A DNA stretch of 64,000 nucleotides, from the sequence record NC_048205.1, one strand, 5' to 3'. This DNA is from Escherichia phage vB_Eco_mar004NP2. Position 1 is the first letter of the stretch, and every line of letters starts with the position of its first letter. This document shows, piece by piece, positions 36,322-46,232 of the stretch. The translations under genes and the position numbers were made by a program. Under the pieces are notes generated by a model, which made no database searches, was not told where the DNA came from, and saw only the letters and a program-made list of their open reading frames with translations.

Positions 36322-36995
36322 ATGGGTCGACAAAAGCTAACAATAAAAGATATAAATATTAGATTAGCTGATCGTGGAATCCAAATTGTCGGTGAGTATG
36401 TAAACCAACGTACAAAAACAGTATTTAAATGCCAGAGAGCACATGTTTGGGAAGCAACACACATTCTATACTCCATATGGGGAGAGGTTGTCCACACTGC
36501 TCCAATAATACAATATCGTTAGATGAAGTTAATAACAGAATATCTAATATAGGGTATACTCTGTTAAGCAGCTATACTAATGCTAAAACAAAACTACATC
36601 TACGCTGCAATAAGGGGCATGACTGTTTACTTACCTTAGATGGATTGACTCAAGGTAAGAGATGTCCTTATTGTTCTCTTAAGTGGGAGAATGGCGGATT
36701 CCTCTATATCATGTCCTCCTCTAGTGGTACTAAAGTAGGCATAAGCTTATACCCTGAGAAACGGCTGAATGAAGTTAAAAGAGAATCTGGATTTTCTGAC
36801 CTATACTTGTTCACCATGTATCATCTGCCAGATAGAGAGACTGCTTTAGATTTAGAAAAGGAAGTTCACAGAGAATATTATAATAAAAACTGTGGGTTTT
36901 CTAATTTTACAGGAAGCACGGAATTTTTTAATGTTGCTCCTGAGGATATAGTAATCTTTCTAAGTAGCTTTGGATTGGAGGATTATGGCCACTAA
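36322..36995 (+). pseudogene. homing-endonuclease-like gene split by a -1 frameshift at TGGGG (36478-36482)
   Basis: frame-1 ORF 36322..36522 and frame-3 ORF 36429..36995 join into a tandem repeat K..KC...H....T......G..CP.C only if ribosome slips -1 at the G-run. Confidence 0.45.
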
Positions 36996-37422
36996 TACTA
37001 AGTACAAACGTGATGCCATTTCCATAATGAGGGATGGTATAAAATCTAGGTATAGTAAGGATGGTTGCTGTGCTATATGTGGTAGTAGTGAAGACCTAGA
37101 ACTTCACCATTATCATACTATATCTCAGCTAATAAAAAAATTTGCTAAAGAACTCCAGCTGGATTTCACTGATGAGAATATCGTCCTTTCAAATAGGGAA
37201 GCATTCTACAAGAAATATGAGCATGAGTTAGTTAGGGACGTGGTAACATTGTGCCAGCACCATCACCAATTATTACATAAGGTTTACACAAAAGAACCTC
37301 CTTTATTTTCTGCTAATAAGCAAAAAGCGTGGGTTCAAAAGCAGAAAGACAAATTACAGAATCCTCAAGAAAAGACACAAGTCAAGACTGAAACAAAATC
37401 AGGATTCGCAAGGTTCTTATAA
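36970..37422 (+). CDS. HNH endonuclease
   Basis: CAICGSSEDLELHHYH ... LCQHHHQLLH motif; between terminase and portal. Confidence 0.6.
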   Translation: MDWRIMATNTKYKRDAISIMRDGIKSRYSKDGCCAICGSSEDLELHHYHTISQLIKKFAKELQLDFTDENIVLSNREAFYKKYEHELVRDVVTLCQHHHQLLHKVYTKEPPLFSANKQKAWVQKQKDKLQNPQEKTQVKTETKSGFARFL

Positions 37423-38633
37423 TGGGTTTAAAAAGCTGGATTACTGAAAAGTTAAATCCGGGTCAACGTATTATAAGAGACATGGAACCAGTTAGTCATC
37501 GCACTAACCGTAAGCCTTTTACCACTGGACAAGCCTACAGTAAAATTGAGATTCTCAATAGAACTGCTAATATGGTTATAGATAGTGCGGCGGAGTGTTC
37601 TTATACTGTCGGAGATAAATATAATATTGTTACGTACGCTAATGGCGTCAAAACAAAGACTCTAGACACTCTCTTAAATGTACGACCTAATCCATTCATG
37701 GATATAAGCACATTCCGTAGACTTGTAGTCACTGACCTACTTTTTGAAGGTTGTGCATACATCTATTGGGATGGCACATCGCTTTACCATGTCCCGGCTG
37801 CTCTTATGCAGGTCGAGGCAGATGCCAATAAGTTTATCAAAAAGTTTATATTTAATAATCAGATAGACTATCGCGTAGATGAGATTATCTTTATAAAGGA
37901 TAACAGTTACGTGTGTGGCACAAATTCTCAAATTTCTGGACAATCTCGTGTTGCTACTGTTATTGATTCTCTTGAAAAGCGTTCTAAGATGCTTAACTTT
38001 AAAGAGAAATTCCTAGATAACGGAACCGTGATTGGTCTTATTCTTGAGACGGATGAAATCCTGAACAAGAAATTGCGTGAGCGTAAACAAGAAGAATTAC
38101 AACTCGATTATAATCCTAGTACTGGTCAGTCTTCTGTCCTGATTCTAGATGGTGGTATGAAAGCTAAACCGTACTCCCAAATATCCTCTTTTAAAGATCT
38201 AGACTTTAAGGAAGACATTGAAGGATTTAATAAATCTATCTGTCTAGCCTTTGGTGTTCCGCAAGTGTTGCTTGATGGGGGTAATAATGCGAACATTCGA
38301 CCAAACATCGAACTGTTCTATTATATGACTATCATTCCTATGCTGAACAAACTGACTAGTTCTCTTACTTTCTTTTTTGGTTATAAGATCACTCCGAATA
38401 CTAAGGAAGTCGCAGCATTAACACCAGATAAAGAAGCAGAGGCTAAACATTTAACCTCATTGGTTAATAATGGTATTATAACCGGTAACGAAGCTCGTTC
38501 AGAGCTGAACCTTGAACCTTTAGATGATGAGCAGATGAATAAGATCCGTATTCCTGCTAACGTCGCTGGTTCTGCAACAGGTGTATCTGGTCAAGAAGGT
38601 GGTAGACCCAAGAGTTCCACCGAGGGAGATTAA
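37422..38633 (+). CDS. portal protein
   Basis: 403 aa, position after terminase, ATGA coupling; size matches T5 portal. Confidence 0.65.
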   Translation: MGLKSWITEKLNPGQRIIRDMEPVSHRTNRKPFTTGQAYSKIEILNRTANMVIDSAAECSYTVGDKYNIVTYANGVKTKTLDTLLNVRPNPFMDISTFRRLVVTDLLFEGCAYIYWDGTSLYHVPAALMQVEADANKFIKKFIFNNQIDYRVDEIIFIKDNSYVCGTNSQISGQSRVATVIDSLEKRSKMLNFKEKFLDNGTVIGLILETDEILNKKLRERKQEELQLDYNPSTGQSSVLILDGGMKAKPYSQISSFKDLDFKEDIEGFNKSICLAFGVPQVLLDGGNNANIRPNIELFYYMTIIPMLNKLTSSLTFFFGYKITPNTKEVAALTPDKEAEAKHLTSLVNNGIITGNEARSELNLEPLDDEQMNKIRIPANVAGSATGVSGQEGGRPKSSTEGD

Positions 38634-38635
38634 GA

Positions 38636-39121
38636 ATGATTGATTATAGTGGTCTGAGGACCATTTTTGGTGAAAAACTGCCAGAATCTCATATCTTCTT
38701 TGCTACGGTTGCTGCGCATAAATATGTTCCTAGCTATGCTTTTCTGCGTAGAGAACTAGGGCTTTCATCTGCGCATACTAATCGTAAAGTATGGAAGAAA
38801 TTTGTAGAGGCTTATGGTAAAGCAATTCCTCCGGCTCCACCATTAACTCTTTCTAAAGATTTAACTGCGAGCATGTCAGTTGAAGAGGGAGCAGCATTAA
38901 CACTTTCTGTTACTGCAACTGGGGGTACTGGTCCATATACTTATGCATGGACTAAAGATGGTTCTCCTATTCCTGGTGCTTCAGGAGCTACCTATACTAA
39001 GCCTACAGCAGCAGCTGAGGATGCCGGCTCTTATAAAGTAACTGTAACAGATAGTAAGCAAGTAAGTAAGGATTCTACTGCATGTGCTGTAACAGTTAAT
39101 CCTACTGTTCCTGGAGGCTAA
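38636..39121 (+). CDS. capsid decoration protein with Ig-like domain (pb10-like)
   Basis: C-terminal Ig-like segment LTLSVTATGGTGPYTYAWTKDGSPIPGA...YKVTVTD. Confidence 0.5.
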   Translation: MIDYSGLRTIFGEKLPESHIFFATVAAHKYVPSYAFLRRELGLSSAHTNRKVWKKFVEAYGKAIPPAPPLTLSKDLTASMSVEEGAALTLSVTATGGTGPYTYAWTKDGSPIPGASGATYTKPTAAAEDAGSYKVTVTDSKQVSKDSTACAVTVNPTVPGG

Positions 39122-39124
39122 TAA

Positions 39125-39757
39125 ATGACACAAGCTGCTATTGACTATAACAAGTTAAAATCAGCACCGGTTCATTTAGATGCTTATATTAAATCTATTG
39201 ATAGCGAATCCAAAGAGGGTGTTGTAAAAATACGTGGATTCGCTAATACAATTAGTAAAGATCGCGCTGGTGATGTAATTCCTGCTTCTGCATGGAAAAC
39301 ATCTAATGCACTTACTAACTACATGAAAAACCCGATTATTCTTTTCGGACACGATCATCGTCGTCCAATCGGTAAGTGTATTGATCTTAACCCCACTGAA
39401 ATGGGTCTCGAAATCGAATGCGAGATCTATGAAAGTTCTGACCCGGCTATCTTTTCACTAATTAAAAACGGTGTACTGAAAACTTTTAGTATCGGATTCC
39501 GCTGCCTAGATGCAGAGTGGGATGAAGCTACTGATATATTTATTATTAAAGATTTAGAACTATACGAAGTTTCGGTAGTTTCTGTACCTTGTAATCAGGA
39601 CTCAACATTCAATCTCGCTAAGAGCATGAATGGTCATGATTATACTGAATGGCGTAAATCTTTTACTGCAATAAGTTCTAAAGCTGTCCCAGCTCAAGAA
39701 CGTAATCTTTCTGAACTAGAAAAACTTGCGATAGCTTTAGGCTACGTTAAAGAATAA
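39125..39757 (+). CDS. prohead protease
   Basis: 210 aa between portal/decoration and major capsid genes. Confidence 0.55.
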   Translation: MTQAAIDYNKLKSAPVHLDAYIKSIDSESKEGVVKIRGFANTISKDRAGDVIPASAWKTSNALTNYMKNPIILFGHDHRRPIGKCIDLNPTEMGLEIECEIYESSDPAIFSLIKNGVLKTFSIGFRCLDAEWDEATDIFIIKDLELYEVSVVSVPCNQDSTFNLAKSMNGHDYTEWRKSFTAISSKAVPAQERNLSELEKLAIALGYVKE

Positions 39758-39774
39758 CGGAGAATTATTTAAAA

Positions 39775-41151
39775 ATGACTATTGATATTAATAAGCTGAA
39801 AGAAGAACTTGGTCTGGGTGATCTGGCTAAATCTCTGGAAGGTCTGACCGCTGCTCAGAAAGCCCAGGAAGCTGAACGTATGCGTAAAGAGCAGGAAGAA
39901 AAAGAACTGGCTCGTATGAATGACCTGGTTTCTAAAGCAGTTGGCGAAGATCGTCAGAAACTGGAACAAGCTCTGGAACTGGTTAAGTCCCTGGATGAAA
40001 AATCTAAGAAGAGCGCAGAACTGTTCGCACAGACTGTAGAAAAGCAGCAGGAAACCATTGTTGGTCTTCAGGATGAAATTAAATCTCTGCTAGCAGCTCG
40101 TGAAGGTCGTTCCTTCGTCGGTGATAGCGTAGCTAAAGCACTGTATGGTACTCAGGAAGCTTTTGAAGATGAAGTTGAAAAACTAGTTCTCCTGTCTTAT
40201 ATGATGGAGAAGGACGTATTTGAAACTGAACATGGTAAAGCCCACGTTAAAGCTGTTAATACTTCTTCCTCTGTACAGGTTTCCAGTGAAAACTACGAAA
40301 CTATTTTCTCTACCCGTATCCTTCGTGACCTGCAGAAAGAGTTAGTAGTTGGTGCACTGTTCGATGAACTGCCAATGTCCAGCAAAATTCTTACTATGCT
40401 GGTTGAGCCTGAAGCTGGAAAAGCTACTTGGGTAGATGCTGGTTCCTACGGTACTGATGCTACTGTTGGTAACGAAGTTAAAGGTACTCTGACTGAAATT
40501 AGTTTTAAAACCTACAAACTGGCTGCTAAGTCCTTCATTACTGATGAAACTGAAGAAGATGCAATCTTCTCCCTGCTGCCGCTGCTGCGTAAGCGTCTGA
40601 TTGAAGCACATGCTGTTTCTATCGAAGAAGCTTTTATGACTGGTGATGGTACTGGTAAGCCGAAAGGTCTGTTGAAACTGGCTGAAGATGATGGTGCTAA
40701 AGTTACTACTGAAGCTAAAGCTGATGGTACTGTTCTGGTAACTGCTAAAACTATCTCTAAACTGCGTCGTAAACTGGGTCGTCATGGTCTGAAACTGAGC
40801 AAACTGGTACTGATAGTATCTATGGATGCTTACTACGATCTGCTGGAAGACGAAGAATGGCAGGATGTTGCACAGGTTGGTAACGATGCTGTTAAACTGC
40901 AAGGTCAGGTTGGTCGTATCTATGGTCTTCCGGTTGTAGTTTCTGAATACTTCCCAGCTAAAGCAGCAGATAAAGAGTTCGCAGTTATTGTTTATAAAGA
41001 TAACTTCGTAATGCCGCGTCAGCGTGCTGTTACTGTTGAACGTGAGCGCCAAGCTGGTAAACAGCGTGATGCGTACTACGTTACTCAGCGTGTTAACCTG
41101 CAACGTTACTTCGAAAACGGCGTTGTATCTGGTGCTTACGCTGCATCTTAA
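39775..41151 (+). CDS. major capsid protein precursor (pb8-like)
   Basis: 458 aa as in T5; coiled-coil delta-domain-like N-terminus then capsid fold region; strongly biased codon usage. Confidence 0.7.
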   Translation: MTIDINKLKEELGLGDLAKSLEGLTAAQKAQEAERMRKEQEEKELARMNDLVSKAVGEDRQKLEQALELVKSLDEKSKKSAELFAQTVEKQQETIVGLQDEIKSLLAAREGRSFVGDSVAKALYGTQEAFEDEVEKLVLLSYMMEKDVFETEHGKAHVKAVNTSSSVQVSSENYETIFSTRILRDLQKELVVGALFDELPMSSKILTMLVEPEAGKATWVDAGSYGTDATVGNEVKGTLTEISFKTYKLAAKSFITDETEEDAIFSLLPLLRKRLIEAHAVSIEEAFMTGDGTGKPKGLLKLAEDDGAKVTTEAKADGTVLVTAKTISKLRRKLGRHGLKLSKLVLIVSMDAYYDLLEDEEWQDVAQVGNDAVKLQGQVGRIYGLPVVVSEYFPAKAADKEFAVIVYKDNFVMPRQRAVTVERERQAGKQRDAYYVTQRVNLQRYFENGVVSGAYAAS

Positions 41152-41172
41152 TACAGGCTTTTCAGCCGATAA

Positions 41173-41200
41173 GGAGAGCTTCGGCTCTCCTTTTTTATTG
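41173..41200 (+). terminator. rho-independent terminator after capsid gene
   Basis: hairpin GGAGAGC-TTCG-GCTCTCC plus TTTTTT. Confidence 0.7.
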
Positions 41201-41210
41201 GGAAAAATAA

Positions 41211-41723
41211 ATGCAAATCATCACAGCCGAAGATTATAGATTATATGGTGGTTTAAAACGACCTGAATTAGAATCTGGTGTAGAAATGATGATTACTGCT
41301 GCCAATGCGCTGATCACAAGCCTTCTAGGCATGGATGACGCTGATGCGGTAGACCAGTTAATCAATACAAAACCTACACGTAGGAAATATTTTCTGAGCT
41401 CACCATCTGCTACCTCCGTAACTAAAGTGACGATTAACGATAATGAGATTGACCCAGAGCAGTATAGGCTATACTCTGACGGTATTATCCTTCTCAAATT
41501 TAATCCTCCAGAAGGTTATATGGATGTAGCATATACACAAGGTGGATTCAATCCAATACCTGAAGATCTCAAACTTGCAGCATGTATGTTAGTAGATCAT
41601 TGGCACAAACAAGATTATCGCCAAGCTAAAACAATTGGTGGTGAAACAGTAACCTTCAATAGCACTAAGTCTGGTATTCCAGAGCATATTCGTACTATTA
41701 TTGAAGTATATAGGAGAGTATAA
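41211..41723 (+). CDS. head completion / connector protein (putative)
   Basis: 170 aa, directly downstream of capsid gene. Confidence 0.4.
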   Translation: MQIITAEDYRLYGGLKRPELESGVEMMITAANALITSLLGMDDADAVDQLINTKPTRRKYFLSSPSATSVTKVTINDNEIDPEQYRLYSDGIILLKFNPPEGYMDVAYTQGGFNPIPEDLKLAACMLVDHWHKQDYRQAKTIGGETVTFNSTKSGIPEHIRTIIEVYRRV

Positions 41724-42490
41724 TGTCTCTTTCCGATCTAGCTAAACAAATTATTAAAGAGCAGCTAGATACTGCAGGACGATCTGAAAATAATAAGAAT
41801 ACTGTTGTATACTCTGTTGAAACAGGGCTAAAAGATCCTACCAGAGATGGTACTGTTGCTCAAGTATCTTTTAAGTTTTCAAAGCCTGTATCCCAAGATC
41901 TTCTTGATGTTAGAACAGCCTCTATACTAAAAGCTGTATCCTCTAGTTTAGATCTTTCGGGAGATTTAGGTGCTTTAGAGAATTTAATACAAGCAACCGC
42001 TGGTAAAAAATCTGCTGTAGGTAAAAAACGTTCTACAGGCAGAGTACAGGTAAACTTTGGGGATCCTAGAGACGTAGAGGATGGATACTCAGGTGCAATA
42101 ACAGGTGCTTCCGGACGTTTTGTATCAAATAGCAATATGAAGGTTATATTAGAGATAGTTGCTAAAGAGTACTTAATAAAGGATATGAAAAAGACAGGAG
42201 CGCCATTAAAATTTAGAACCGGTCGCTTTGCAAATTCTCTGAAAATTAAGGATGTTATACTTAGAGATGCAGAGACTAGTAAAGGCTCTCCTGAATTGAA
42301 CGTAACATATAATTATATGACTCGTCCATATTCTGTATTCAACCCTGCAGTATCTACGTATAGAAGATTATCTCTAAGACCTTATCCTGGCGCTAGAAAT
42401 CCACAAAAACTTATTGGTGAGGCTATAGCAAAAGCTGCAAGAGACCTGATTCACTCTAGATATAAAATCAAGGTTAATCAAGGAACCTAA
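41723..42490 (+). CDS. structural protein (putative head-tail joining), 255 aa
   Basis: synteny. Confidence 0.4.
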   Translation: MSLSDLAKQIIKEQLDTAGRSENNKNTVVYSVETGLKDPTRDGTVAQVSFKFSKPVSQDLLDVRTASILKAVSSSLDLSGDLGALENLIQATAGKKSAVGKKRSTGRVQVNFGDPRDVEDGYSGAITGASGRFVSNSNMKVILEIVAKEYLIKDMKKTGAPLKFRTGRFANSLKIKDVILRDAETSKGSPELNVTYNYMTRPYSVFNPAVSTYRRLSLRPYPGARNPQKLIGEAIAKAARDLIHSRYKIKVNQGT

Positions 42491-42493
42491 TAA

Positions 42494-42979
42494 ATGGACC
42501 ATAGAACAAGTATTGCACAAGCTCTGGTTGACCGTATATCTAAACAGTTGGACGGTTCTCAACCTGACGAATATTTTAATAACCTATATGGAAACGTTTC
42601 TCGTCAAACTTATAAATTTGAGGAAATACGAGAGTTTCCTTATGTGGCAGTTCATATCGGAACTGAAACTGGGCAGTATCTTCCTTCAGGCCAACAGTGG
42701 ATGTTTTTAGAACTTCCAATCCTGGTGTATGATAAAGAGAAAACAGACATTCAAGAGCAACTTGAAAAACTCGTAGCGGATATAAAAACCGTTATTGACA
42801 CAGGTGGAAATTTAGAATATACTGTTAGTAAACCTAATGGATCGACCTTCCCATGTGAGGCAACTGATATGATCATTACATCAGTTAGTACAGATGAGGG
42901 TCTACTGGCCCCATATGGTTTAGCAGAAATAAATGTAACAGTGAGGTATCAGCCTCCACGTAGGTCACTTCGCAGATAA
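42494..42979 (+). CDS. tail completion protein (putative), 161 aa
   Basis: synteny. Confidence 0.4.
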   Translation: MDHRTSIAQALVDRISKQLDGSQPDEYFNNLYGNVSRQTYKFEEIREFPYVAVHIGTETGQYLPSGQQWMFLELPILVYDKEKTDIQEQLEKLVADIKTVIDTGGNLEYTVSKPNGSTFPCEATDMIITSVSTDEGLLAPYGLAEINVTVRYQPPRRSLRR

Positions 42980-43005
42980 GTTACAGATTAGGAGAAAATA
43001 ATTAA

Positions 43006-44415
43006 ATGTCTTTACAACTATTACGTAATACTCGAATCTTCGTGTCTACGGTTAAGACTGGTCATAATAAGACCAACACGCAAGAGATTCTAGTTCAGGA
43101 TGATATTTCTTGGGGTCAGGACAGTAACTCAACAGATATTACTGTTAATGAAGCTGGTCCGCGTCCAACTCGTGGTTCTAAACGTTTTAATGACTCTTTA
43201 AACGCGGCTGAGTGGAGTTTCTCTACTTATATCCTGCCATATAAAGATAAAACTACTAACAAACAGATTGTCCCTGACTATATGTTATGGCATGCTCTTT
43301 CTAGCGGTAAAGCTCTTAACCTAGAAGGTGATACAGGAGCACATAATAACGAAACCAATTTTATGGTTAACTTTAAAGATAACGCGTACCACGAACTGGC
43401 AATGCTGCATATCTACATCCTGACTGACAAAGCATGGAGTTACATCGACTCTTGCCAGATCAACCAGGCAGAAGTTAACGTTGATATTGAGGATATTGGT
43501 CGTGTAACTTGGTCAGGTAATGGTAACCAGCTTATTCCTTTGGATGAGCAACCATTTGATCCTGATACTGTAGGTATTGATGATGAAACTTATATGACTA
43601 TTCAGAGTTCTTATATCAAGAACAAATTGACTATCCTGAAAATTAAGGATATGGATTCTGATAAGGCATATGATATCCCTATTACTGGAGGTACTTTCAC
43701 CATTAATAACAATATTACGTACCTAACCCCCAATATTATGTCCCGTGTAAATATTCCGATCGGTTCATTTACTGGTGCGTTTGAACTAACTGGTTCTCTG
43801 ACAGCTTACCTTAATGATAAAGCTCTAGGATCTATGGAGCTATATAAAGATCTAATTAAAACTCTTAAGGTAGTTAACAAGTTTGAAGTTGCACTTATCC
43901 TTGGTGGTGAATATGATGATGAACGTCCGGCAGCTGTGTTAGTTGCTAAACAGGCGCATGTTAATATTCCTACTATTGAGACTGATGATGTACTTGGTAC
44001 TTCAGTAGAGTTTAAAGCTATCCCTACAGATCTGGATACTGGTGATGAAGGTTATCTTGGTTTTTCTAACAAGTATACTAAAACCACTGTGGCTAATCTG
44101 ATTGCTACAGGAGATGGCGCTAAAACTCCACCAAAACTAGTTGAATCAATCACAGTTAAATCAGCTGGTAATGTCACTTCAGTGGAGAATAGCAATACTC
44201 TACAGATGTCTGTTGAAGTAACTCCGCCAGATGCTACTAATAGTGCTGTAACTTGGTCTATTTCTAGCGGTGATGCAGCTACAATTGATCCAGAATCTGG
44301 TCTATTAACTGCGGATACTACTAAGACTGGAGAAGTTACTGTGAAAGCTGTAGCTAAAGACGGTTCTGGTGTAGAAGGTACTAAGAGCATTACAGTTACT
44401 GGTTCTGGTGGCTAA
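43006..44415 (+). CDS. tail tube protein (pb6-like) with C-terminal Ig-like domain
   Basis: 469 aa; C-terminal Ig-like segment NTLQMSVEVTPPDATNSAVTWSISSGDAATI...VTVKAVAKDGSG. Confidence 0.6.
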   Translation: MSLQLLRNTRIFVSTVKTGHNKTNTQEILVQDDISWGQDSNSTDITVNEAGPRPTRGSKRFNDSLNAAEWSFSTYILPYKDKTTNKQIVPDYMLWHALSSGKALNLEGDTGAHNNETNFMVNFKDNAYHELAMLHIYILTDKAWSYIDSCQINQAEVNVDIEDIGRVTWSGNGNQLIPLDEQPFDPDTVGIDDETYMTIQSSYIKNKLTILKIKDMDSDKAYDIPITGGTFTINNNITYLTPNIMSRVNIPIGSFTGAFELTGSLTAYLNDKALGSMELYKDLIKTLKVVNKFEVALILGGEYDDERPAAVLVAKQAHVNIPTIETDDVLGTSVEFKAIPTDLDTGDEGYLGFSNKYTKTTVANLIATGDGAKTPPKLVESITVKSAGNVTSVENSNTLQMSVEVTPPDATNSAVTWSISSGDAATIDPESGLLTADTTKTGEVTVKAVAKDGSGVEGTKSITVTGSGG

Positions 44416-44419
44416 TTAA

Positions 44420-45322
44420 ATGTACTACTCTCTAATGAGAGAGTCAAAAGTTATAGTTGAGTATGATGGTAGGGCATTTCATTTTGATGCCCTATCAAAC
44501 TATGATATACAGACTTCCTACGAGGAATTCAAGACTCTTCGTAGGACTGTTCATCGTAGAACTAACTATGCAGACTCTATTATAAATGCTCAAACCCCCT
44601 CTTCTATCTCTCTAGCAGTAAATTTCAGTAATACTCTTACGGAGGCTAACTTCTTTGAATGGTTAGGTTTTGATAGAAAAGGTAATACTTTCTTACTCCC
44701 ACTATATAGTAATAATATTGAACCTATTATGTTTAATATCTATATAGTAAATAAAGATAATAACTGTGTATATTTTGAAAACTGCTATGTATCTACAGTA
44801 GATTTTTCTTTAGATAAGAACATACCAATTCTTAATGTTGGTATTGAGTCTGGGAAATTCTCAGAAGTATCTACCTATAGAGAAGCAGCTTCTATTATAC
44901 AGGGTGAAGTAATGTCTTACAGCCCAGTAATAGCTTCTACTAATGGCAGCATCTTACCCGGTCTTATTTCTGCCTCTTTATCTTTCCAGCAGCAGTGCTC
45001 TTGGAGAGAGGATAAGAGTGTTTTTGATATAAATAAAATTTATAATAATAAAAGAGCCTATGTAACTGAAATGAATGCTTCGGCAACCCTTTCTTTGTAT
45101 TACTTAAAACGTTTTGCAGGGGATATGGTTTATAATATAGAACCGGAGACAGATGTACCTTTAAATATAAGAAATAATAATATTTCTATAGATTTTCCTT
45201 CAGCACGTATTACAAAACGCCTAGATTTCTCAGATGTGTATAGAGTTGAGTGGGATATTATACCTACTGCTTCCTCAGACCCAGTGAGAATAGATTTCTT
45301 TGGAGAAATTAAAAATGATTAA
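44420..45322 (+). CDS. tail-associated structural protein, 300 aa
   Basis: synteny between tube and chaperone genes. Confidence 0.4.
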   Translation: MYYSLMRESKVIVEYDGRAFHFDALSNYDIQTSYEEFKTLRRTVHRRTNYADSIINAQTPSSISLAVNFSNTLTEANFFEWLGFDRKGNTFLLPLYSNNIEPIMFNIYIVNKDNNCVYFENCYVSTVDFSLDKNIPILNVGIESGKFSEVSTYREAASIIQGEVMSYSPVIASTNGSILPGLISASLSFQQQCSWREDKSVFDINKIYNNKRAYVTEMNASATLSLYYLKRFAGDMVYNIEPETDVPLNIRNNNISIDFPSARITKRLDFSDVYRVEWDIIPTASSDPVRIDFFGEIKND

Positions 45323-45719
45323 TTTAAAAGATATTACTCTTGATACTCGTACTATTACTCTTTCCTACCCAGGTATGCCGAACTTTAAACTAGAACTTAA
45401 CTATATGTCTCGTGCTACCTCTAAACGTGTTATTTCTTCTGCTAAACGCGATGAATGGGTTAATGGTACTTTGATTCAGGTACAGGATGATGATAAGTTC
45501 ATTGAAGCCTTCGTTGACGCAGCTATTAAAGGTTGGACCGGTTTGACTGTAGGTGACGTTGAAAAACTGATGCTGATTGAAACAGATGCTGATCCTGCTA
45601 CTGAAGTTCCTTTTAGCCGCGATAATGCTGTAATGCTCATGCAGAACTCTGCTGCGTTTGACTCTTGGATCAACCAGACAGTGTTCCACTTAGACACTTT
45701 TCGTAGCCCAAAAGCGTAA
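45300..45719 (+). CDS. tail assembly chaperone (putative)
   Basis: small acidic protein upstream of tape measure gene. Confidence 0.4.
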   Translation: MEKLKMINLKDITLDTRTITLSYPGMPNFKLELNYMSRATSKRVISSAKRDEWVNGTLIQVQDDDKFIEAFVDAAIKGWTGLTVGDVEKLMLIETDADPATEVPFSRDNAVMLMQNSAAFDSWINQTVFHLDTFRSPKA

Positions 45720-45780
45720 AGAACTCCTAGATGCTGTTGCTGATTTTGCAGATAAATGTATTAAAAGCTCAGCATCTAAA

Positions 45781-46149
45781 ATGACCAAACAACAATATTT
45801 AATACTTTGTGAGTCAATGGGTATAGAACCTGATCCTAAGGCTATGCCTGTTGAGCTTGAAGATTTTCCACCTATTGTAGCTATTAGTATGAATATTTAT
45901 AATAGTCTAGTTGACTGTTTCATACCTGGTGACTTTCCTATCTTTATAGGTAAAGATAAAGCTGCTCTAGGTGTTTTATTTGATATTTATGGGATTACCG
46001 ATCCTATAGAAAAAGAATTTGTTCTACACATTATCAATATATTTGATGCTAAAGCTGTAGACGCTGCACGTAAACGTGCCGAGAAGCATAAACCGCAAAA
46101 CGGAAGAATACCTAACGTTAAGCCACATGCTAGATCTCGGGCGCGATAA
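45781..46149 (+). CDS. tail assembly protein (putative), 122 aa
   Basis: position immediately upstream of tape measure gene. Confidence 0.4.
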   Translation: MTKQQYLILCESMGIEPDPKAMPVELEDFPPIVAISMNIYNSLVDCFIPGDFPIFIGKDKAALGVLFDIYGITDPIEKEFVLHIINIFDAKAVDAARKRAEKHKPQNGRIPNVKPHARSRAR

Positions 46150-46181
46150 AAGTTTCCTCCAATGGGCGTTCCACGATGAGG

Positions 46182-46215
46182 CTTGGCTCTGGGTGATTTG
46201 CCCAGAGCCTTTTTT
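46182..46215 (+). terminator. rho-independent terminator-like hairpin before tape measure gene
   Basis: GGCTCTGGG-TGATTTG-CCCAGAGCC plus TTTTTT. Confidence 0.6.
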
Positions 46216-46232
46216 ATTGGGAAAAATAAAAT

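Noticed and set aside
40342-41103. 253-aa antisense ORF inside the major capsid gene
   Set aside because: A long open antisense frame is expected from the biased GNN/NNC codon usage of a highly expressed gene; no start context, and the product is low-complexity Ser/Thr/Phe/Asn.
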